From an uncultured Flavobacteriaceae bacterium (GTDB taxonomy: Bacteria > Bacteroidota > Bacteroidia > Flavobacteriales > Flavobacteriaceae): a stretch of 44,824 bases of DNA. Below, piece by piece: positions 30,157-38,883 of the stretch. Location: contig CALIIP010000017.1 in NCBI GenBank assembly GCA_938018045.1, positions 1 through 44,824 of the forward strand, given 5' to 3'. The notes under the pieces are model-generated. The model was not told the DNA's origin, ran no database searches, and saw nothing but the letters and a program-made list of their open reading frames with translations. Positions within the stretch are counted from its first letter, which is position 1; every line of letters begins with the position of its first letter. A program made the translations under genes and the position numbers.

Positions 30157-31039
30157 TTTTCATATTGAAGAATATGATTTCCCTAAATTATCTAAAGCTT
30201 ATCCTCCTTTAAATGAGTATTTATTTAAAAACGAACATGGTGTAAAAACTGTAAATTTTGGGTTTCCAAAAGCCGTTAAAGCTGTAAATACAGCATTGTT
30301 AATGTTTTATTATAACATTAAGTTCTGGCAATTTTCTGATTTAAACTTGTGTCCTCCTATTCCAAATCGATCAGATTACATTCACTATTTAAATGATATT
30401 TTAGAGTATGACTTTGTTACAAAAAATATTACAATCTTAGATATTGGAGTTGGTGCGACTTGTATTTATCCAATTCTTGGGAATGCAATTTATAATTGGA
30501 AATTTGTAGGTGCAGATATTGACAATGACTCTATATACAGTTCGCAAAAAATTATTGACAAAAATAATTTAAAGGATGACATTAAGTTACGATTTCAACC
30601 AAACAAAGAAAATATTCTCGACGGTATTTTTAAAGAAGATGACTATTTTGATGCATGCATGTGCAATCCTCCTTTTTATAAATCTGAACAAGATGCAGCT
30701 GAAGCAAACAATAGAAAACTAAAGGGTTTAGGCATCAAAAATGAAGGGAGAAATTTTAGTGGAAATTCGAACGAGTTATGGTACGAAGGAGGTGAAAAAG
30801 CCTTTCTACACAATTATCTATACCAAAGTTCAAAATATAAAACACAGTGCTATTGGTTCACTTCATTGGTTTCCAAAAAAGAAAATGTACAAAGTATGTA
30901 TGATTCTTTAAACAAGTTGAATGTAACTGAAATTAAAACACTTGAAATGACTCAAGGGCACAAAACAAGTAGGATTGTCGCTTGGACATTCCTCACAAGC
31001 AAAGAGCGCGAAAAATGGGCTTTAAAATCTTTAAAGTAA
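30143..31039 (+). CDS. rlmF: 23S rRNA m6A1618 methyltransferase
   Basis: LCPPIPNRSDYIH, LDIGVGATCIYPILG, CNPPFY, ELWYEGGE, WFTSLVSK, MTQGHKTSRIVAWTF. Confidence 0.93.
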   Translation: MHKNNFHIEEYDFPKLSKAYPPLNEYLFKNEHGVKTVNFGFPKAVKAVNTALLMFYYNIKFWQFSDLNLCPPIPNRSDYIHYLNDILEYDFVTKNITILDIGVGATCIYPILGNAIYNWKFVGADIDNDSIYSSQKIIDKNNLKDDIKLRFQPNKENILDGIFKEDDYFDACMCNPPFYKSEQDAAEANNRKLKGLGIKNEGRNFSGNSNELWYEGGEKAFLHNYLYQSSKYKTQCYWFTSLVSKKENVQSMYDSLNKLNVTEIKTLEMTQGHKTSRIVAWTFLTSKEREKWALKSLK

Positions 31040-31049
31040 ATTTCAAACG

Positions 31050-31066
31050 AGGACTAGTCCTTTTTT
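31050..31066 (+). terminator. Possible weak terminator after rlmF
   Basis: 12-bp palindrome AGGACTAGTCCT followed by a T run; the stem is short. Confidence 0.35.
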
Positions 31067-31139
31067 CAACTCCTATATTCTTTGAATAACTTCTATATAT
31101 TGTGATGTTTGCAGCAGTTAAACTAAAAACAATCAAATT

Positions 31140-31565
31140 ATGAAGAATTTATTATTTACTGCAATTTTATTTATGACTACAATCGCAATCGCTCAAGAAA
31201 CTACAAGTACAAATGCTGGTATTTTTGATTTTGAAACTGAGGTAATCGATTACGGAAAAATCAGCCAAGATACTGATGGAAATCGTGTGTTTACGTTTAA
31301 AAATATTGGGAATAGTCCAATAGTAATTGCAAGTATTAAAGGAAGTTGTGGATGTACTGTAGCAACTAAACCTAGCGAACCAATTATGCCTGGAAAAACT
31401 GGAGAAATTGGTATAAAATACGCAACAAATAGAGTCGGCGGATTTTCTAAAACAGTCACAATCACTTCAAATGCAAGCGAAAGCAGAAAAGTATTGAGAA
31501 TCAAAGGAATTGTTTTAAAACTAGAAGAAGCAACCAATAAAAGTGCTGTATCTGTAACAAAATAA
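31140..31565 (+). CDS. DUF1573 (Ig-like) exported protein
   Basis: Signal peptide; IDYGKI...FTFKNIG..PIVI...SCGCT...PIMPG. Confidence 0.88.
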   Translation: MKNLLFTAILFMTTIAIAQETTSTNAGIFDFETEVIDYGKISQDTDGNRVFTFKNIGNSPIVIASIKGSCGCTVATKPSEPIMPGKTGEIGIKYATNRVGGFSKTVTITSNASESRKVLRIKGIVLKLEEATNKSAVSVTK

Positions 31566-31583
31566 GAATCTAATATCTTATAG

Positions 31584-31646
31584 TGTCATTCTGAATGAAG
31601 TTGAAAAAGTCTGAATTAAAGATTCTTCGTTTCACTCAGAATGACA
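31584..31646. repeat. REP-like inverted-repeat element (TGTCAT...ATGACA)
   Basis: Left arm TGTCATTCTGAATGAAGTTGAAAAAGTCT versus reverse complement of right arm TGTCATTCTGAGTGAAACGAAGAATCT. Confidence 0.8.
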
Positions 31647-31660
31647 TTTTTTATTTTGAC

Positions 31661-31668
31661 TATATTTG
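31661..31668 (+). promoter_or_regulatory. -7 element (TATATTTG) for the LuxR-type regulator
   Basis: TAnnTTTG match 17 nt before the ATG. Confidence 0.55.
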
Positions 31669-31685
31669 TCTTGTAATTTATCTAA

Positions 31686-32723
31686 ATGACTAAACACTTC
31701 TACCATTTATTTTTCTTTCTTTCTGCTTTAAGTTTACAAGCACAATTTGAATTCTCAGGAACTGCGAGTGAAGAATTTATCAATTCTTCGGTTTACCTTA
31801 CTTCTATTGACGATTATAATAAAAGTACCTTATTTCTTACCGAACAAATTATTCAACAAAGTGAAATAGATAGTTTAGGTAATTTTGTTTTTAAAGGTGA
31901 TTTCTTATCAGAAAAGAACAAGTTTTATAAGATTTATATTGACAAGTGTAATGAAAGTGTTGGTGATTACAATCATTTATTAAACCATTGTGACGATAGT
32001 AATTTCATTATTTTTATTGCAAATAATGATGACAAAATACATTTTCCGTTAAACAGTTTTTCACAGATGTTTTGTGATTTAAAATATAGTAGAAAACAGA
32101 ATATTGCTATACATCAAATTGATTCTATTCAAGAGACATTATTAACACCCTTACACGATTCTAAAAGTGATGCGCAGCGTAAGATACTTTATAACAATTA
32201 CTTTGAAAAACTACAAGAATATAGTAAATCGTTTGATGAGCCACTTGCAGAACTCTATGCTTATCATTTATATTCTGATGCAAAATCATTTAGCAGATCA
32301 TACTATTTAGAAGATTTAGAAACCTCTGAATATTATAATACTTTATTAAAAAAATTAAAATCAAAATATCCAAAATCTCAATATACAAGGCAGTTTAAAG
32401 AAGATTTAAAAAGAGATTCTATAAATTTTAGTGAAGATTATTTTGACTTAAAAACAATGCTTTTAGGAGCGCTATTACTTCTTTCTTTAGTCGTTAATTT
32501 TATATTAATTCGTAGAAAAAAAGAAAAGAAAACATTTGTAGATTATAAAACTGTATTATCTCCTCAAGAGCAAAAAGTGTTTAATTTGATGAATGAAAAA
32601 CTAACAAATAAAGAAATTGGCGAACAATTATTTATCAGTTTGAGTACAGTAAAAACTCATATAAATAATATCTACTCTAAACTTTCAATTTCTTCAAGAA
32701 AGGATATTCATCATTACTTTTGA
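31686..32723 (+). CDS. Membrane-anchored LuxR-type HTH regulator with periplasmic domain
   Basis: Signal peptide (LQA-Q), TM LLGALLLLSLVVNFILI, then LSPQEQKV...TNKEIGEQLFISLSTVKTHINNIYSKL. Confidence 0.85.
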   Translation: MTKHFYHLFFFLSALSLQAQFEFSGTASEEFINSSVYLTSIDDYNKSTLFLTEQIIQQSEIDSLGNFVFKGDFLSEKNKFYKIYIDKCNESVGDYNHLLNHCDDSNFIIFIANNDDKIHFPLNSFSQMFCDLKYSRKQNIAIHQIDSIQETLLTPLHDSKSDAQRKILYNNYFEKLQEYSKSFDEPLAELYAYHLYSDAKSFSRSYYLEDLETSEYYNTLLKKLKSKYPKSQYTRQFKEDLKRDSINFSEDYFDLKTMLLGALLLLSLVVNFILIRRKKEKKTFVDYKTVLSPQEQKVFNLMNEKLTNKEIGEQLFISLSTVKTHINNIYSKLSISSRKDIHHYF

Positions 32724-33094
32724 TAGACAGTTTTTAATTGGATTGATGTTGCAATTGAAATTGCACGAATTTTAATTTTAGTTGCCATTTCACCTTCAAA
32801 CAATTCATCTACAGTTGTTTTAAACAGCAACAACCAAGTATCAAAATTTGCGCTTTTTAGTGGCGCAATTTTATGAAGATTTACATGCTTTACCATAGGA
32901 TTTCCTTTATAACCTGACTTATGAAACAAGATTGTTTCCCAAAAATCATACATCTTTGGCAAGTGTGCTTCCCAATCTAATTGAGCAATATCATTGAAGA
33001 AGTAATTTAATTCATCAGTTTTCTGAACTTTATCATAAAAAGTATTTACTAATAGCATTATATCATCTCTGCTTTCAATATCTTTCATAGTCAT
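32714..33094 (-). CDS. Group III truncated hemoglobin
   Basis: LVNTFYDKV, DWEAHLPKMYDFW, YKGNPMVKH, FDTWLLLF; start may be the second Met (33088). Confidence 0.9.
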   Translation of the reverse strand: MTMKDIESRDDIMLLVNTFYDKVQKTDELNYFFNDIAQLDWEAHLPKMYDFWETILFHKSGYKGNPMVKHVNLHKIAPLKSANFDTWLLLFKTTVDELFEGEMATKIKIRAISIATSIQLKTVYQK

Positions 33095-33104
33095 TTAATT
33101 TAAT

Positions 33105-33112
33105 CAAATATA
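33105..33112 (-). promoter_or_regulatory. -7 element (TATATTTG) for the truncated hemoglobin
   Basis: TAnnTTTG match 10 nt before ATG 33094. Confidence 0.5.
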
Positions 33113-33136
33113 AAAATGTAATGCCAAATTAATAAA

Positions 33137-34366
33137 TTATCTCATCAATGGAAATACAAGATTTGTTCGCTCGATTTTTCGCATTTCTAATGGTAATTTG
33201 TCAGCAAACTTTAAATAGTTTCCATTTGGATATTTATGATTTGCCATCTGTAGGATTGTGAACATTTTCATTCTGTCGGCTTCTCCAATTGTTGGATTTG
33301 GCCATTTATTTTCAGCATCTGTATAAGGAACAAGGTAATTGAGTGCCTTACGCAATTGCGAGTCTGATTCTTTAGCTTCCCAAATATCAATATCAACCTT
33401 TTCTGCAAGGCTGGCAACTAGAAACATAGCATGTAAGTTATAAATACTATAAAAAAGAGGTCGAGTTCGTGCTTGTTCTTCTGGCATAGATCCGTCTGAT
33501 TTTATCTGAGAATAAATTCGTCTTTTAGTGAAATTTTGTGCTATTTGACTACAAGCCTCAAGATTCTCTGAATATAGTGCAAAATACATTGCTTGTACAT
33601 CGTAAAATGTACCGTGATTATTTTTAGATTTTGATTCTTCAAGTGCCATTTCGTTAGTTGTAAGCCATTTAAAATACTCTCTACTCCATGCTTTCAACTT
33701 ATCGAGTTCATCACCATCAAACGCATTTGAATTGGCAATGAGCAATGAGCCTTCTAATGCCTTTATCATCAATCTCCCGTCTAAAACACCTGATTTTGTT
33801 CCAAAGTTATGACCTTCTCTACATTGTGCATGATTTACATTTGGGTTCATTCGAGTTTCTTTATCTATAAACCAAACTCTCAGTAATTCTGCTGCTTTAT
33901 TTGCATACTTTTCTTCACCTGTAAAATAATAGGCAAGAGCCAACGTTTCGGTATTTTTACCAAAAGATCCAATTCTTTGACGGTCAGATTTTTTAAGGCT
34001 TTGGCTTTCAGGATTTGTTTCGCCATCTCGACGAATATATGGCAAACCATCAGATTTATTTGGATCTGGCCACCAATAACGGCTGTAACTAGCATAATCA
34101 TTTTTGTTTCCACTTGCCGGAAATTTTTCTTTATGTGTTACTGAAAATGGACCTTCTTTCAGAGCGATTTCTGCTTCCTTTATTAGTTTATTAAATGCAT
34201 AATTAAGTAGTGAGTCATTTTTTCCAATTCGTTCCTTTGACTTTTTTAAATACACTACATCGATCAAAAAAGGTTCTACAAATTCATCGTTATTTTCTTT
34301 TCTCTCACAACTTACAGATGATATAATTGTTATAATTAATATGAAATACTTTATTGTTCTCATCAT
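33137..34366 (-). CDS. Alginate_lyase-family polysaccharide lyase lipoprotein (PL38-like)
   Basis: Lipobox SVSC; DYASYSRYWWPDP..DGLPYIRRDG..NPE, TRMNPN, NNHGTFYDVQ, QIKSDGSMPEEQARTRPLFYS; CAZy family is by recall. Confidence 0.8.
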   Translation of the reverse strand: MMRTIKYFILIITIISSVSCERKENNDEFVEPFLIDVVYLKKSKERIGKNDSLLNYAFNKLIKEAEIALKEGPFSVTHKEKFPASGNKNDYASYSRYWWPDPNKSDGLPYIRRDGETNPESQSLKKSDRQRIGSFGKNTETLALAYYFTGEEKYANKAAELLRVWFIDKETRMNPNVNHAQCREGHNFGTKSGVLDGRLMIKALEGSLLIANSNAFDGDELDKLKAWSREYFKWLTTNEMALEESKSKNNHGTFYDVQAMYFALYSENLEACSQIAQNFTKRRIYSQIKSDGSMPEEQARTRPLFYSIYNLHAMFLVASLAEKVDIDIWEAKESDSQLRKALNYLVPYTDAENKWPNPTIGEADRMKMFTILQMANHKYPNGNYLKFADKLPLEMRKIERTNLVFPLMR

Positions 34367-34382
34367 GATTTAAACTATAAAT

Positions 34383-35141
34383 TTATTTATTATAAATACT
34401 CGATATTATTTCAATCACTTCTGCCCTCTTTCTTACAGATACAGGAACATTAGTGCCATTCTTCAAAATGATATATCCACCATCAGATTTGATGAATTCT
34501 TTTACGTATTGCAAGTTTACCAAATGACTTTGATGCACTCTCACAAACTGATATTCTTTCAAAATATCAGCAAAATACTTCAATGTCTTGGTTACAAATA
34601 TTTTTCGTCCGTCTGCAAGAAAAAACTGTGTATTATTACTGTCAGATTCACAACGAATAATCTCATCTAAATCAACTACACTAATCTTTTCTAATGTATG
34701 CAAAGAGATTTTTTGTGGTTTTTTTGTTGGATGAGATATCGCGTTTTTAAGTATTTTAAACTGCTCTTTATCAGGATGTAATTGATGTTTTACTTTGTCT
34801 ATTGCTATTGCCAATTCTTCGTCAGAATATGGTTTTAAAATATAATCAATTGCAGCAAACTTAAACGCTTTTATTGCGTATTCATCACTTGCAGTAACAA
34901 AGATGATTTTAGACTTCAAATCAGGAACAATCTCTAGCAAATCAAAACCTGTTCCGTCACCAAGCATAATATCTAAAAACAAAATATCTGGAGTTGTATT
35001 TCTCAACAATTTTGCTGCTTCAACAACTGACTTTGCAGTACCAATGATTTTAATATCTGCATGTTTTGATTCAATATCAGATTGCAATAATTGCAATGCG
35101 GAAGGCATGTCATCTACTAATATTGCTGTTAATTTGTCCAT
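34383..35141 (-). CDS. LytTR-family response regulator
   Basis: REC ILVDD...FLDIML...YILKP; LytTR IIRCESDSN...KTLK...FVRVHQSHLVN...VPVS. Confidence 0.95.
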   Translation of the reverse strand: MDKLTAILVDDMPSALQLLQSDIESKHADIKIIGTAKSVVEAAKLLRNTTPDILFLDIMLGDGTGFDLLEIVPDLKSKIIFVTASDEYAIKAFKFAAIDYILKPYSDEELAIAIDKVKHQLHPDKEQFKILKNAISHPTKKPQKISLHTLEKISVVDLDEIIRCESDSNNTQFFLADGRKIFVTKTLKYFADILKEYQFVRVHQSHLVNLQYVKEFIKSDGGYIILKNGTNVPVSVRKRAEVIEIISSIYNK

Positions 35142-35142
35142 T

Positions 35143-37521
35143 TTAATAATCTGTTAATAAAGGTATTTTAAAACTCACTTTTGTACCCAAAATTTCACTG
35201 TATTTACCTTCCAATTGCTCAATTTTAAAAGCATCTTTTCCAGACAATGATTCTATACGTTCTTTGGTTACTTCCAACGCCATAGATTGATGATTTGCAT
35301 TGGTTTTTCTACTTTTAGACACCTCAATTCCTATGCCATTATCTTTTACAGTACAATGTAAGAAATCGTTTTGAACTGCAAATGAAATTTCTAACTTACC
35401 AACTCCACCTATTGATTTAATTCCGTGAGCAATCGCATTTTCTACAAATGGTTGTATCAACATTGGCGGAATTAAGACTTCTTCAACATCGATTTCCGAA
35501 GGAATATCGATTGAATAGTTAAACTCTTTTTCGTTCATCAACTGCTCAACTTCTATATAGTTTTTTAAGGTTTTAATTTCCTCATCAAGTGTTATATTTT
35601 CTTGTCTAGAGTTACTCAACGTCAATCGCAATAAAGTCGCAAACTTATTGATTGTTGTATTCATCTTATCAGTATCATTTGATCCTAATGCTTTGATTCC
35701 GTTAAGAACATTGAAGATAAAATGCGGATTCATCTGCAATTGCAAGGCTTTTTGCTCAAGCGATAACAAGTTGTTTTCTAATTTCAACTTTTCCTGTGCT
35801 TGTAGGTTTCTATTTTTTATTTTCTGAAGATAATTGCGTAAAAACAACCAACCAAAGAACAATAAAATTCCTAGAGCCAATAATTGTACCCATAGTTTTT
35901 TATAAAAAGGCAAACCAATATCAAAACGAAATTTTATGGGAGCACTTTCTTGACTATTGATAATTCTTGATTGTGCTTCAAACTCATATTTTCCAGCGTT
36001 TAAACTAGAATAATTAACGCGTCTATCTTTTGCCCACGGACTCCAATCTTCTTCATTCAATCGCCATCTATACTGAATTTCATTTGGATGATTCAGATCA
36101 ATTGTTTTAAAACTAAACGATAAATGATTGTCTGAAGGCTTTAAATTCAAGGATTTATCGCTATTTGTCCAAACGCTTAAGTTGATGGTGTCAACTTCAT
36201 TATAAACCACTTCTATCGTTTCAAAATAGATGCTCGGAAGGACAAAATCCTTTTTGTTTTCCGACGGCTCATATTTCATCAAACCATTTACAGTTCCAAA
36301 CCATAGATTTTCATTATTATCTTCTGCAATACTGTTATTTGTAGTCTCAATTCCTAGAAAGCCATCATTTCTACCAAAATGTTTTACAGAAGAAATTTGA
36401 GTTTCATCATTCAAAATAACTTTGTCTAAACCTTTGTGTGTTCCAATCCATAAATTGTTTTTTGAGTCAAACAATAACTGATTAACATTATCAGAATACA
36501 AATTCTGTACTCCTTTTAACTTGTTGAATTTTAATTCTTTATTTACTTCTGACCACCAAACCCCATTTCCTTGAGTTCCTAAAAATAATTTTGTTTCATG
36601 AAAAATCAGCGTTCCAACTTTAGCATCAATAGGTAAAACTTTACCCAAATGTTTTCCAACATTTTTATAAATATTCCCTATAAAACCTTTTTGAGAAACA
36701 TACCAAAGTCGCCCTATTCTATCAACATTAATATCAGTAATATTAAGATCATAAATACCTTCAGATTCATCAAAATGCAATAGGTTAAATACACTTCCAG
36801 TTTCTATATCATACGAAAAATTGAAAATTCCGTTTGTAGTTGTTGCAACCCAAACTTTCGCATCTTGAATTAAAATCTTACTTATTTTTCCTTTTATTTC
36901 AAGCGTATCTATAACTATTGAGGAATCAAAAACGAAAATATTGTTATCACTACCAACAAAAATTTGATTGTTTTTAATTCTAGCAATTGAATGAATTACA
37001 TCATTCTTTCGAAGAATTCTATTTTCAGATGCTTCAATTTTTATAAACTCAGTATTTGTACCTACTAATAATCCATTTTCAAAATGATGTATTGCTCTAA
37101 TACTTTTTCCTTTTAAAAAATACTCAAAATTATTCTCTAAAACTTTATACAAGCCTATTGAAGTCGCAATCCAAATAATTGAATGCTTGTCTTTAAAAAT
37201 TTTATTGACACGAGACTTTTTTATTTCTTTTTTAGCAAATTCTGGCAATTCATCGTACTCAATATTTGATTTAAAAGAAATTCCAGGAATATAATCACTA
37301 GTAGCTGACTCAAACTTTTCTCCGTCAAAACGTGTAAATTCTCCAGATTTTGTAGTTATCCATAAATAACCAAACTCATCTTGAGCAAGATTAATTATTT
37401 CTTGTTGTGGCAAACCATCAGCTACTGTATAATGTTGTAAATGATAATTCTGCGACTGTAAAATAGCGGCAGAAAATAGTAAGAAAACGAATATGATATT
37501 TTGAAAAATAGTTTTTATCAT
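35143..37521 (-). CDS. LytS/YehU-type sensor histidine kinase with beta-propeller and Y_Y_Y periplasmic domains
   Basis: ADGLP..QDEFGYLWI-type blades, YRWRL...YSSLNAGKYEF, TM, LQMNPHFIFN, PPMLIQPFVENAIAHG, DNGIG. Confidence 0.93.
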   Translation of the reverse strand: MIKTIFQNIIFVFLLFSAAILQSQNYHLQHYTVADGLPQQEIINLAQDEFGYLWITTKSGEFTRFDGEKFESATSDYIPGISFKSNIEYDELPEFAKKEIKKSRVNKIFKDKHSIIWIATSIGLYKVLENNFEYFLKGKSIRAIHHFENGLLVGTNTEFIKIEASENRILRKNDVIHSIARIKNNQIFVGSDNNIFVFDSSIVIDTLEIKGKISKILIQDAKVWVATTTNGIFNFSYDIETGSVFNLLHFDESEGIYDLNITDINVDRIGRLWYVSQKGFIGNIYKNVGKHLGKVLPIDAKVGTLIFHETKLFLGTQGNGVWWSEVNKELKFNKLKGVQNLYSDNVNQLLFDSKNNLWIGTHKGLDKVILNDETQISSVKHFGRNDGFLGIETTNNSIAEDNNENLWFGTVNGLMKYEPSENKKDFVLPSIYFETIEVVYNEVDTINLSVWTNSDKSLNLKPSDNHLSFSFKTIDLNHPNEIQYRWRLNEEDWSPWAKDRRVNYSSLNAGKYEFEAQSRIINSQESAPIKFRFDIGLPFYKKLWVQLLALGILLFFGWLFLRNYLQKIKNRNLQAQEKLKLENNLLSLEQKALQLQMNPHFIFNVLNGIKALGSNDTDKMNTTINKFATLLRLTLSNSRQENITLDEEIKTLKNYIEVEQLMNEKEFNYSIDIPSEIDVEEVLIPPMLIQPFVENAIAHGIKSIGGVGKLEISFAVQNDFLHCTVKDNGIGIEVSKSRKTNANHQSMALEVTKERIESLSGKDAFKIEQLEGKYSEILGTKVSFKIPLLTDY

Positions 37522-37525
37522 TACA

Positions 37526-37533
37526 CAAATATA
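37526..37533 (-). promoter_or_regulatory. -7 element (TATATTTG) for the kinase operon
   Basis: TAnnTTTG match only 4 nt before ATG 37521. Confidence 0.55.
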
Positions 37534-37561
37534 ACTCTTTAATATGTGATTTTATTACAAA

Positions 37562-37628
37562 GTAAAAACAGAAAAGAGTGACGATTTTATACTTCAAACA
37601 AAACCTTTCGTGCTCTTCTCTGTTTTAC
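37562..37628 (-). terminator. Long imperfect hairpin after the lipoprotein gene (terminator-like or structured RNA)
   Basis: Minus strand GTAAAACAGAGAAGAGCACGA ...loop... TCGTCACTCTTTTCTGTTTTTAC. Confidence 0.65.
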
Positions 37629-37648
37629 CAAACTAACTAACCATTCTT

Positions 37649-38722
37649 TTATAATCTGTTATACAATCTTAAGTTATCACTATTTGGAATCATATATTCT
37701 GATGGATATGCTCTACTCATTACTGGTTCTAAAACACATACTACAGTTGCCATTCCTTTGATTACAAGTTTATCTTCCTCAACAGTTTGGTACCATCTAA
37801 ATTTCTCAATTGGAATATTTAATTCATTTAATTCTGTAGAAATATTATCATTATCTTGCATAAAAAGGTACATATCTTCTATCGTTTTAAAACTTGGCAT
37901 TTCATCATCATTTTCATAAGTAATTTCCCACTTTACAGGTACATTAAACTTGTAACTATAGATATCTCCTTGAAATCTTTCTTCCTCATTACTCATTGCA
38001 GACAACCAATCAATATCAGAATCTGGATAATTTGCTGTAAATTCTTTCGCTAAATCAACTCTTCCAGGTGAATTTGCTGTTGGATAAAATCCGTAAAAAG
38101 GCTTTGCTAAAAGGTGACTTGTAAACTCGCTATCAAATACACTCACGTTTTCTGATGCAATTACAATTGACTTAACATCTGTTGTAAATACTTGCTTCAA
38201 TCCGTCAATCAATGTTTTATTTTTTCCTATTCCAGAAGAGTGAATCACCACTTTTGAATTGTCTTTTAGCACATTATCTAATTTTGGAAGTAAGCCTTTC
38301 TCAACCGACTCCTTAATAGAAACTGCACTCAAAGCACTTCCTTTAATGGTTGTTTCTAATTGTACTTGACCCATTTTATTGTTCGTTACAATGTTGACTT
38401 CAGAAATTGGATTGTTTTTACTGTTGATATTCAACCATAAAATAATTTCTTGTAGTGAATATGCGTCTTCTACAATTTCGGTGTTTATCGTTTCAAAATA
38501 CGTTTTGGCATCCTTAAAATATGATTTACCTGCTTTGTCAACTCCTGTAATAAAGACTACTGATCTTCCTGATTCAGTTGTTTCATCCAAAGTCGGACTT
38601 GTGACTGCTGCGACTTCAGATTGAATTGGAGTCGTTTCTAATGCTTTTTTTTCTGATGTTTCATTACATCCTACAAATGCGATTGCAATTGCTAATACTG
38701 ATACTTTAATTGAAGTGTTCAT
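37649..38722 (-). CDS. Lipoprotein of unknown function
   Basis: Lipobox FVGC, low-complexity linker, then an alpha/beta domain. Confidence 0.8.
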   Translation of the reverse strand: MNTSIKVSVLAIAIAFVGCNETSEKKALETTPIQSEVAAVTSPTLDETTESGRSVVFITGVDKAGKSYFKDAKTYFETINTEIVEDAYSLQEIILWLNINSKNNPISEVNIVTNNKMGQVQLETTIKGSALSAVSIKESVEKGLLPKLDNVLKDNSKVVIHSSGIGKNKTLIDGLKQVFTTDVKSIVIASENVSVFDSEFTSHLLAKPFYGFYPTANSPGRVDLAKEFTANYPDSDIDWLSAMSNEEERFQGDIYSYKFNVPVKWEITYENDDEMPSFKTIEDMYLFMQDNDNISTELNELNIPIEKFRWYQTVEEDKLVIKGMATVVCVLEPVMSRAYPSEYMIPNSDNLRLYNRL

Positions 38723-38757
38723 AATTTAAATGTTTTAGGTTATTACTAATTATACAT

Positions 38758-38765
38758 CAAATGTA
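38758..38765 (-). promoter_or_regulatory. -7 element (TACATTTG) for the lipoprotein gene
   Basis: TAnnTTTG match 35 nt upstream of ATG 38722. Confidence 0.65.
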
Positions 38766-38796
38766 GAACGGAACTTCAGGTAAATTTTGGGTAGAT

Positions 38797-38827
38797 TAGA
38801 ATTCGTTGGGTATAAACTAGAATTCGT
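38797..38827 (-). promoter_or_regulatory. Putative LytTR operator: perfect 10-bp direct repeat with 21-bp period
   Basis: TAGAATTCGT at 38797-38806 and 38818-38827, 31 nt upstream of the -7 element. Confidence 0.7.
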
Positions 38828-38883
38828 AGAAAATGAGGAAATCTTTTATTTTTTGATGGTGAAAAGGCTTAATTAAAAGGAAG

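Noticed and set aside
29980-30160. mnmE (trmE) 3' end as a genomic-island attachment site
   Set aside because: A known hotspot in other bacteria, but no integrase, duplicated att sequence or compositional shift follows here
31072-31106. CTATAT direct repeat upstream of DUF1573
   Set aside because: Short, AT-rich and imperfect; not distinguishable from chance
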